Shown in pieces: positions 54,054-64,000 of a stretch of DNA of 64,000 nucleotides. Source of the DNA: Octopus sinensis (taxonomy: Eukaryota); assembly GCF_006345805.1 (NCBI RefSeq), contig NC_043017.1, positions 14,632,001-14,696,000 on the forward strand, read 5' to 3'. Position 1 is the first letter of the stretch; each line of letters begins with the position of its first letter. The position numbers were made by a program, and so were the translations under genes. The notes under the pieces are model-generated. The model saw nothing but the letters and a program-made list of their open reading frames with translations. It made no database searches and was not told the origin of the DNA.

Positions 54054-54296
54054 GAGAGAGAGAGTGAGAGAGAGGAGAGCAAAAAGCAACATAAAGAGAA
54101 AAAATAATGGAGATAAGCTAAGTTCACAATCAAATTTATTAGAATGCTTACACACACACACATACACATTTTATTAAAACAGTGAGTACAACAAAATATG
54201 TTTCGTTTCGTTCGAGAACACGCAAATGGTCTTACCAAGTTACCTTGAGCAGTCACACACCGGATTTATCTGCGTTATGCACACGCATACACAAAC

Positions 54297-54366
<70 letters not shown>

Positions 54367-54402
54367 CACACACGCACGCACACGCACACGCACACACACA
54401 CG

Positions 54403-54433
<31 letters not shown>

Positions 54434-54984
54434 ACACACACATGCACACACAGAGTCATCATCATCATCAAAAATATGCTTCTGATTGCAAGCTTAAAGT
54501 TCTTGCTACGTCACCGAGAAATGTGTAGAGGTGCACAAGGTTAGATAAAGACAGAAAAAACATTTATCTCAAAATATCTGCAGGGTGGGTGAGGTGGGGT
54601 GGGGGAACCATGTAAAGAAGCGGCGGAGGAGGGCGGGGAATCAACCAGTTGCGATCATTGTGAGAAGTTTCGATATTTCGGTGGCGCGAACCAGCAACCC
54701 ACTCGTCATTTCACAGTGAGGTCGGTGCCACACCATCGAATCAGTCTGTTTGTCTATAGCGGCAAAGGTGGCTGAGTATACCTTGGTCAGGGTTCAGAGG
54801 AGTGTCAATTACGAGTTGAAGGATATATATTGATTTATTCACTGGTCAGAGTTCTTGTACATGTGGACACACACGCACACACCACAGCATACAGGAAATA
54901 CACTAAAAGATCCATAAATATACAACGGCACACACACAAACACCCTCCCCCACACATATATGTGCGTGTGCACAAGTTTATGCG

Positions 54985-55240
54985 GGAGAGAGGGAGAGAG
55001 GGAGAGAGGGAGAGAGAGAAAGAGAGAGAGAGAGAAAGAAAGAGAGAGAAAGAAAGAGAGAAAAAGAGAGAGAGAGAGAAAAAAAGAAAGAGAAAGAGAG
55101 AGAGAAAGAAAGAGGGAGGGATAAAGAAAGAAAGAGAGAGAGAGAGAAAGAAAGAGAGAGAAAGAAAGAGAAAGAGAGTGAGAGGGAGAGAGAAAGAAAG
55201 AGAGAGAAAGAGAGAGGAGGAAAGAGAGAGAGAGAGAAAA
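54985..55240. repeat. Pure polypurine (GA/GAAA) tract
   Basis: Direct reading; about 255 nt containing essentially only A and G. Confidence 0.95.
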
Positions 55241-55962
55241 CTAAGAAGAAGTGAAGTGTTTTCTGTCGATAATTTTGTTAGCTTTTTCAATGCAGTTTAG
55301 AGATTCGGGTGGATGGAATGTGGAGCAGAGTCGTCTAACACACGCGCATTCATGTATGTATAGTGTTACAAACGCAATATATACTGCAGAGCGTATATGT
55401 GTGCGTATGAATGTGTGTGCACGTGTTATGTGTGTGTACATGTTTATGCGCAAGTGTATAGATGCAGGGTTTCTATTTATTCGTTTATTCTGGGGTTAAA
55501 GTACAGTGCTCTGACCCCATTCTAGGACTTCCGCAACAGGTTGGAGGTGGAATCGAAGCAATAACATTCGCTTTGAATTATTCAAATTGTAAATCTCTCC
55601 ACTAAAATCGAATTCTCTAGTTTTCCATTCGATAGACGTTGTGCGATGCAATTGGAATCTGAAACTCTTTGAATACAGAACACAATTTACTCTCTTCTTT
55701 TGTAGATTTATTTCAAGAAAATAGGAATTAGTCTAAAAGTTAAAACAATCAGTTCTAATAATTGTTAGAAGTTCAATAATAATGATAGGTTGCTGCGCGA
55801 AGGAAGCCTGTCCAGCAGTCGGACAACATAGACTGAATATCAGAAATCGGAAGGTTTTGCTAAATTTTCGTTAATACAGACGCAGAAAAAGTAAATAGTT
55901 TTGCTTTTATCAATAATTGTCAATGGACATGTAAGTTTGAAAAGAGTCGAATAATCTATAAT

Positions 55963-56539
55963 TATTCTGTTGTGTCTGGGGAGAGTCATTTTCTTTTTCT
56001 GCCTTATTATTTAACACACTCACCGGTAAAATTTCCACTTATTTCTTATTTTTATCTTCCTAAGATTTTCGTTGCATCTTGCAACCTTTTCAATAGTCTT
56101 GACTCTGTCCCTTATTTACACTGCGTTCCATTTTGTTTGTTTGTGCGCATGTGTGTGGGTCAGTATGTGTGTGTGTGTGTGCCTATATATGCATGCATGT
56201 ACGTATGTATGTGTGTGTGTGTTTGCATGTGTATGTATGTATATATGTATGTGTGTGCATCTGTAAGTACGTATCCTGCATATTTATGTGCTTGCCTGTC
56301 CATGTTTGTGTATTTTCTATGTATGTGTGTGTGAGCATGTGTTTGTATATGTATGCACCTCTGTCTCCTTGTGTGTGCATATCTGTGTGTGTGTGTGTTA
56401 TGTAACTATGTACCATGTTTGTATGGATGGATGTGCATCTTTATGTGTGTGGACCCATGTCTCCATATGTGTCTGTTCTTGTAACCTATGTACCTATCCG
56501 TCTGTATGCTGATCTGTTTATTTACATATCTAAATGCTT
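55963..56539 (+). repeat. Left arm of the long inverted repeat flanking the Penelope-like element
   Basis: 55963-56102 matches the reverse complement of 59465-59604; 56315-56539 matches the reverse complement of 59230-59454. Confidence 0.92.
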
Positions 56540-56699
56540 GGAAACAGAAACAACGATGACGGCAGCAACAATAACAACAACATCCCACACACAGATAACG
56601 ACAACAACCACATCATTCACACCACTACCATCAACGTCACCCATAACAATAACAATAGGCACAACACAAGCACTACCACCACCACCACCACCATCGCAC

Positions 56700-58941
56700 A
56701 GACTTACCCTTAACAAAAGAGTATGTATCCCACCCCAAATTGACAGTGAAACAAAAGCAAAGATCTCCTTAGCTAGAAATAGACACCAACATATCTTAGA
56801 CCGATACAACAAATTCACTAAAAAACATAGTGAGGAAGGGACCCACCAACTCAGTCCATCTGTTGACAAAGGCCTACAAAAACTAAAACAGCTGATTAGG
56901 AACAGAGAATTGGTGCGCCTGCCTACAGACAAGTCTGGCAGATTGTCAATGGACAGCCCACAGAACCTGTCCAGACCATGCAACAACACAGCAGTAGCAT
57001 GAGAGAAGTTGCACCACAAGAACAGGGAAGAGTGGAAAAACTCCTCAATGCACATTCAATGGGAATGTGGTGCAACATACTCCAACCTATAAAAAGGATG
57101 GCACACAATTTCCAAAATCCAACAATGACGTTCCTACACTATACGGGTTACGCAAAGACCACAAACCCTACATAAACCCTGTCGCAGGCCCCCCAACCAG
57201 ACCAGTTTGCGGAGCCAACATCTCCAGCAACTGTCCTACTTCCTCTCACAAGTATTGCGACCTCTCATAGAGATGTCTCCGGATGTCTGTATGAGTAAAA
57301 TCAGTACTTGTAACCACACCAACGACCTCACAGGTTGTATAGTCGGTAGTATGGATGCAATTTCACTCTACCTATCTATAGACATAGATTTTGCTGTGGA
57401 GAAATGCATTCAAGCAATCTGTGAGAGTGAAGTGGAATTCCGTAAGGTCAACACCAGGGAACTGGGCCTCCTCCTCAGACTATGCTATGACAATAACTAT
57501 TTAGATGACCATGACCTTAGTAAATTCTACCCCACCAGGTCACAGAGAGGTAGACCACCCACCATCACTTCAGCGGTGAAGAAAAGCACCACAGAGCGCT
57601 GGAGTGGCTGGACCGCACCCACCCAAAACCCTGAGAACAACAATCAGGTGAGGGAAATTATTGCATATGCAATAGGGGCCAGTGTAAAAAACCACCTTGA
57701 AAAACCACATAGTAAAGTTTAATAAAAAACTATACATGCAGATTCAAGGTGCAGCGGGAGATGTGGCTGGCCTCTTCATGACTTGGTGGGACAGAAAACT
57801 TAAACAAATGTTAGCAGAACAGTCCACAATTCTTCTATTCTACAGTAGATATGTAGATGACATTAATATCATAGTTAGAACCAACTCTAGTGATGTAGAG
57901 ACTGAGAAGAACGTAATGGAGAACATCCAGCAAATAGCTAACTCCATTCACCAAAGTATCAAGGTAACTATAGATTACCCCACAAAGCACCCTAACAATA
58001 GACTCCCTGTACTTGATACTGAACCTTGGTTAGAGACTGTGAACAATAGAGTGCATCTCCTCCACTTTTATTACATGAAACCTGTAACTTCAAAATATGT
58101 TGTTCACAAGAACCCAGCTTTGTCACACAACATGAAAATTAACATACAAATAGCAGACCTTGTTAGAATAATGAACAATGTGTCCCCACTATGCGAACCC
58201 TGTGAAATGAAGAAACATATACAGAACTTCATACACCGCATGCAGTTCTCTGGATATGATCAGAAAGATAGGGTTCATGCATACAGGGAGGTTAGAAAGA
58301 AATTAGATAACATTATATGTAATGATACCAGTGGTACCTGCCCTAGATATAGAAACAAAGAATGGAATAGAATACAAAGAGCTTGTGACAAAGCGAACAC
58401 ATGGTATAAAACCAACCAATATCAAGGAGTGATGTTTGTAGAGGCCACAGCCCATGGAGAACTAGCCCGTAGATTTAGAAAAGCTCTGAAGGAGACCAAA
58501 CTCTACATTAAAATTGTTGAAAAGCCAGGGAACTCCGTCAGATCACAACTATGTAGGACATACCCGTTTAAGAATACCATATGCACCAATGATAACTGCA
58601 TGGTGTGTAGAATTAGCCCTGGTATTAACTGTAGAACTCGAAATGTAGTTTACAGTATAAGATGCATAGAAGGTGCTTGTAAGGACATGAACATGATGTA
58701 CATAGGAGAGACGTGTAGGAGCATTGCGGAATGAATAAATGAACGTCTGAGACATTATGACGACAGAAAACAGTCCTCCATACTCTGCCAACATACCAAA
58801 GACCACCATGGAGGTAACTTGGGTCAACTTGACATCCGCATCTTATCCAAACACCCAAAAGACCCAACACTCAGACAAATACGGGAGTACGTCCTTATAA
58901 ATGAAACTTACCCAATATTAAGTAGGAAATATACACAGTAA
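56700..58941 (+). mobile_element. Penelope-like element ORF (RT plus C-terminal GIY-YIG endonuclease), pseudogenised
   Basis: Motifs PTDKSG, LYGLRKDHK, RPVCGA, GSMDAISLY, QIQG, FYSRYVDDINI, Cys linker CTNDNCMVC, NVVYSIRC..MYIGETCRS and DPTLRQIRE; frameshifts and a TGA at 58732-58734. Confidence 0.92.
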
Positions 58942-59109
58942 ATACCATACCTCCATACCCACAGTTTACACAGGTAGAGTAGAATAGTTAGTGGACTTTT
59001 TTATGTAGATAAATGTATGTATGTATGTGGGGGGTGAGTGTGTGTGTATGCCTTTTTTATCATTATTATTTCTTGTTTTTTTTTGTTAAATATTTTATAT
59101 TTTTTATTT

Positions 59110-59180
<71 letters not shown>

Positions 59181-59229
59181 TAGTTATCGCCATACTAATA
59201 TGGCAGTCTATAAATAGACTTCTGTATGT

Positions 59230-59604
59230 AAGCATTTAGATATGTAAATAAACAGATCAACATACAGACGGATAGGTACATAGGTTACAAGAACAGACAC
59301 ATATGGAGACACGGATCCACACACATAAAGATGCACATCCATCCATACAAACATGGTACATAGTTACATAACACACACACACACAGATATGCACACACAA
59401 GGAGACAGAGGTGCATACATATACAAACACATGCTCACACACACATACATAGAACATACTATTTTCAAGACTATTGAAAAGGTTGCAAGACGCAACGAAA
59501 ATTTTAGGAAGATAAAAATAAGAAATAAGTGGAAATTTTACCGGTGAGTGTGTTAAATAATAAGGCACCAAAAGAGAATGACTCTCCCCAGACACAACAG
59601 AATA
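59230..59604 (-). repeat. Right arm of the long inverted repeat
   Basis: Reverse complement of 55963-56539, with 212 bp replaced by the 10 bp AAATAGTATG. Confidence 0.92.
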
Positions 59605-59703
59605 TGCTTCAACACACGAACTCATATAAAGAATCTTGCAAACCAAATCCAAAAACGAAATCTATAAATAATAAAAAAAAACTATAACAAACACGACACG
59701 TGT

Positions 59704-59765
<62 letters not shown>

Positions 59766-60106
59766 GACTTGAAGACGGGTGGGCTCTGCCAGTTCAAAAT
59801 TCCCAAGACACACTCTCTGAGTCACGACAGTATCCCCGATTGCATCAAAGAGTTGTCGGCCTTTGACATGGTGTGTTCATATACATTTATTGTTCCAAGA
59901 ATACAGCTTACGGATGGCCAGGAAGACAGCACAGTTGATGTACCTAAGGTCTCAGAGTGTTTTGAGTCATTCAAAATCATCCTTTCCCACCTCACCTGCC
60001 TTGTTGACCCAGCCGGGGGTTGATTAAACTCCGGTTACATCCCAGTAGGAGCAAACCACCGCTCGGCCCTATTTATCCGAAGTCACCTGGTGGCCTTTAC
60101 TGTGGC

Positions 60107-60144
<38 letters not shown>

Positions 60145-60784
60145 GATGCACGCATATACACTGAAGAGGGTGTGAAATCATCATCCGGGTTGAGTACTTA
60201 TAACAGAGGGGACTCCACTAAAGGCACATCCACGGGTCGGGTGGTTGTTGTTCAAACGAGTGACTAGAACCCGAAAGAGAAGGCGAGGGCAGGAGCAGAT
60301 AGTACAACCTAAAGTAACGGTCGATACATATCTGACAGGCTCCTTCCTAAAACTATCCCCCAAATACATAAGTGTGAGTGGACATAGAAGTCGAAAAGAA
60401 GTCGTTTCCCGCCTTACAAACTTCCAATCAGAGATCCCATGAGTGATGGATTCAGTCTGCCACTCAAGAACAGTTTTCTCTGCCAAATTCCACACGCAAA
60501 ACTTTGGTCGAACCGCAAGGCAACGGTAGAAGATACTCACCTTAAGCTACGAGCACTAGGATCGAACCTGAAACTCCATACTCCAAAGGGAACAGCTACA
60601 CTCGAGTCAGAATGTCGAATGTTTGACCCTCGAATGAAAAGCAAGGAATTGAATTTTTGAAAAATAAATTCTCAAAATTCGAATCTTCTCGGATTTTGTG
60701 GGCATTTTATCAGAGAAATAGAAATTTATGAATTCATCAATCATTTGATTTTATCAATGTGGCTTTTATTATGTTTAGTGTGTG

Positions 60785-61110
60785 AAGACGCATGACTAAG
60801 TGGTTAGAGTATTCGGCTTGCCATCGTAAGGTCCTGAGTTCGATTCATGACGGCGCGTTGAGCTCTTCAGCAAGTAACTTTATTTCTCCTTGCTTTAGTC
60901 CACTCAAAGGGGAAAAAATGAGTAGTATCCGTAATTCAAAAAACCTGCTTTTGTCATATTGTGTGTCACGCTGAATCCCCCTGGAAACTATTTTAAGGGG
61001 TAGACATGTCTGTGGAGTACTCAGCCATTAGCAATTTCACGCGCAGGCCGTTCCGTTGATCGGATCAACTGGAAAAATCGTTGTCATAACCGACGGAGCA
61101 CCAGTTCTAC
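60785..61110 (+). mobile_element. tRNA-derived SINE (family C, tail type 2)
   Basis: A-box-like TGACTAAGTGG and B-box GAGTTCGATTC; core CAGCAAGTAACTTTATT..AGTCCACTCA..AAATGAGT shared with 28745-29058, but a different tail. Confidence 0.72.
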
Positions 61111-61635
61111 TTAGTGTATCTTATATATCATTACATATATAATACTAATTATATTTTTATTATATCAAGTAGAATTTATAAATTCATAGACCATAACGAT
61201 ATCATTTCAATATGATTTTATTATATATTTTATTACACATTTATTATGCTTATATTATATCAAATAGAATTAGACAATTATAAATTCTTATATCACAAAG
61301 ATATCAATATGGCTTTAACAGGAGAGATAACCAATTCTCTCCCTTTGAACTTTCACTTTAACAGCCATTATTAACATTTAAAGAGCCATTAACTCAGGCC
61401 TTTCGAAATATTTGTTGTTAGATTTTCTGATGTAGCTTAGAGCTAAACACTTTATTAAACTCACGACTCATGTATTGATTTCTTTAAAAACAATTTAACA
61501 GCAAATTATGCGGAAAATAGAAAACGTATGCAGCGAAAACGCTAATACGATGTCTACAAAATCAGGATTAATTTGAGAAAGAGAATCTAAGAAAAATCAG
61601 TGCTTTTCAATGTTTTGGGACTTCGCCTCAAACCG

Positions 61636-61733
61636 AAAATTATCGGTTCGCGTCAGAAGTAAAAGAAGCAAAAGAAATGCATTTCTTTTGCTTCTTTTTT
61701 AAACTAATTCCTCTGACGCGAACCGATAATTTT
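61636..61733. repeat. Nested palindrome (fold-back or MITE-like)
   Basis: Perfect 22 bp arms at 61636-61657 and 61712-61733 enclose a perfect loopless 38 bp palindrome at 61661-61698. Confidence 0.9.
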
Positions 61734-63434
61734 TATTTAATGCTTGCAATTTTGAGGTGAAGGGTTTACTTGGTCCCAATACTTATGGATCTGAAGAGAG
61801 GTGAAAAGCAAAGTTGATCTTGGTGTAATTTGAACTCAAAACCTAATGGATCGGAAGCAATATCGCTGTGTGTTTTTTCGATGCTTCAATCATTTTGCCA
61901 GTTGACGACTTTAATGAATAAATAAAGTAATGGTAAAGATTCTTCAATTAAGGTAAGATTGTTGTTGTAGTCGTTGCTGTTTAAGGCCGCGTTGAGGCCT
62001 TATCCATTATAAACTAACATCAAAGGCGTTCCAGCCGTGAACATCTGTTCGTTTAAATTTTTTTGTTTTATTTTAAGACACAAATGTATCTAGGATTATA
62101 TTAACCAATGCCTGTGTGATACCTTATTTGAAATGGCTGGATGAGACTTGAGAGAGATTTCCCTGTTACATTTTACAGGTTGAAATACCAATTAGAGACT
62201 GGCGGAACGAAGAAAATTCACTAAGCAGGACAAAAACAGCAATGATATTGTGTATCCATAAAAAGAAGAGATACTCCACGGTTTGGAATTCTAATGCAGT
62301 CTTGTTAAAGTGAACTTAGAATATATTGAAGGAAAACAGGAAAATAATGGCCACGTGGATAGTTGTCCTACAAAAAGGAAAGGAAAACAAGACAAATTTC
62401 ACAAACGACGCATTTTTATATGTTTGTAATGGTTTCTCCATCAGTAGCGACGACAAGTATCCAACTCTTTGATCAAGGGAATTACTTCTCGCGAAATTAA
62501 TATGTAAATGCCTGAATATTTCTCGATCAAGACATACATACATACATACATGCATACATACATACATACATACATCTCCACCCTACATCACCCCCATACC
62601 ATCCCACAGACACGCACATATGTATTGAAGTGAAGGTTAGCGTTGCCTCCTAGATAGAATCGTAGGAACGGTGTCGTAGCATCCAGAGTTTTTTGAGAAT
62701 TTAAACCTGGCGAAGACATCCTTTTCTAGATGTGAGCACAGCATCCTTCCATACTCTCTCCCTTCTTTTCGAGATAGAGAGAGATATAGATAAGAATGAA
62801 AGAATCATGCCTATCCAACAATTATTTCTAATTTTAATTGACAAATTTTATAGGAACGAGAGAAAAATCTGGTTAAAGCCGAAAGAGAACTTTTAGAATA
62901 AAGATTTTATTTCCTGATGACTGATTTGTAAAACTTTAAGTCAACTCTTTAAATGCTGTAGTAATTTAAAATTTTAAATTTTCTTGCTTTGCTAGAATAA
63001 AATTAAAACACATCTTAATTCATGATTTCACATGGTTTCGGCTCGCAATATTCGTTGGAAGGGAAATAACTCTAAGAGAAAAGACTATCTCGTAAGGCTT
63101 TGAAAGTTATTTCCCTTGAAACATTATTTCAAAATAGACACGTTATCTTTGTGTCACGTTGTGGTTTGTGTTAGTGAGTCTCTTGTTTGCGACTCTGCTG
63201 CCTTAACAAGGATTTATAACAGGTGCTAAGTCAGAAATACTGGGCGGAGGATGAGAGAGTGGGTTTTATCGATTCCAGCGTTTGATTATTTTTATCGATC
63301 CAAGAATAAAAAACAGAAGTCGATAAGACAATGAATCGGACGATCGAACGATCGAACCAATCTGTCTGCCTTGGTAATAATAATCCTTTCTACTACAAGC
63401 TGTGGGTCTGAAATTCTGGCGAAGGGGTCAGTCG

Positions 63435-63600
63435 CATACTTTGACCTCAGAGCTCGACTGGTATTTATGTTATCGATCTCGAGAAACTGAAAGTAAAATC
63501 GTTCTCGGCGTTATTTGAACTCAGAACATAAAGACCGATGAAATGGCACCAAGCCTTTTCTCTGATGCGCCAACGATTCTGTTCGCTCGCAGCCTCAATC
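63435..63600 (-). mobile_element. SINE family B, degenerate
   Basis: Reverse complement of the family B core (TTCTGAGTTCAAATAACGCCGAG..GATCGATAACATAAATACCAG). Confidence 0.55.
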
Positions 63601-64000
63601 ATAGTAATGATAAGAACAACAGCAACAACAAATGTTGGATTCAAACATTTTTATGTTTTTAAATGTTTTGGTGTAGAACAAAGGCGTTATGTTTTCTATG
63701 TTTTCCCCAGAAACAGGGGACATCGAGGTTGTGAGAATTAATACAGACATGGAGGAAATCCCAACGAAACTTTCATCAGGTTGGACCAACCAGTAATTTG
63801 GAGTTTGTATTATTTTATCGAGCCTAGAATGAGCAGAGATGAGGGTAGCCCGGGCGGATTTTGAAGTCAGAAGGTAGAGACACGGAACAACAAATCGCTG
63901 CTATTCTACTAATTATATCAGGAATAATTCTTATAATTATGTCCTTAATCTCTTTCATATTCTCTAAGACTGACAATCTAAGATGGATTTTCGGATGGGA

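Noticed and set aside
58732-58734. In-frame TGA in the PLE endonuclease as possible selenocysteine (known in some Naiad PLEs)
   Set aside because: The position corresponds to the conserved Arg of the GET.RS..ER motif, not a Cys. CGA-to-TGA decay is simpler, and the ORF has other frameshifts.
60161-60190. CTGAAGA..GAAA near the PLE as a second hammerhead
   Set aside because: Helix II cannot form and the helix I strands do not pair. Similar partial hits near 9470 (minus) and 61792 fail the same test.
59760-60660. Short ORFs downstream of the PLE right arm
   Set aside because: No recognisable protein motif; probably fragments of unclassified repeats.

Overview
This is eukaryotic, AT-rich, microsatellite-saturated DNA, intronic or intergenic in character. 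The repeat families look most like those of an octopod cephalopod; that is my inference from pattern recognition, not a database hit. No intact host gene can be proven, and most ORF-track entries are translations of microsatellites. Four things are well supported. (1) Three Tx1-type (L1 superfamily) non-LTR retrotransposon copies: two sit in the same polarity inside long (CTAT)n/(GATA)n arrays, and one diverged copy ends at (ATT)n. (2) A decayed Penelope-like element (RT plus C-terminal GIY-YIG) flanked by about 365 bp inverted arms. (3) At least four families of tRNA-type SINE, including two head-to-tail trimers. (4) A complete minimal type I hammerhead ribozyme on the minus strand at 4912-4972, with a palindromic helix III, at the tip of a roughly 135 nt rod-like hairpin in a small non-coding element. 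The ribozyme element and the GATA-targeting Tx1 family are the strongest leads. Several low-confidence host exon candidates and promoter-like motif clusters are also listed.
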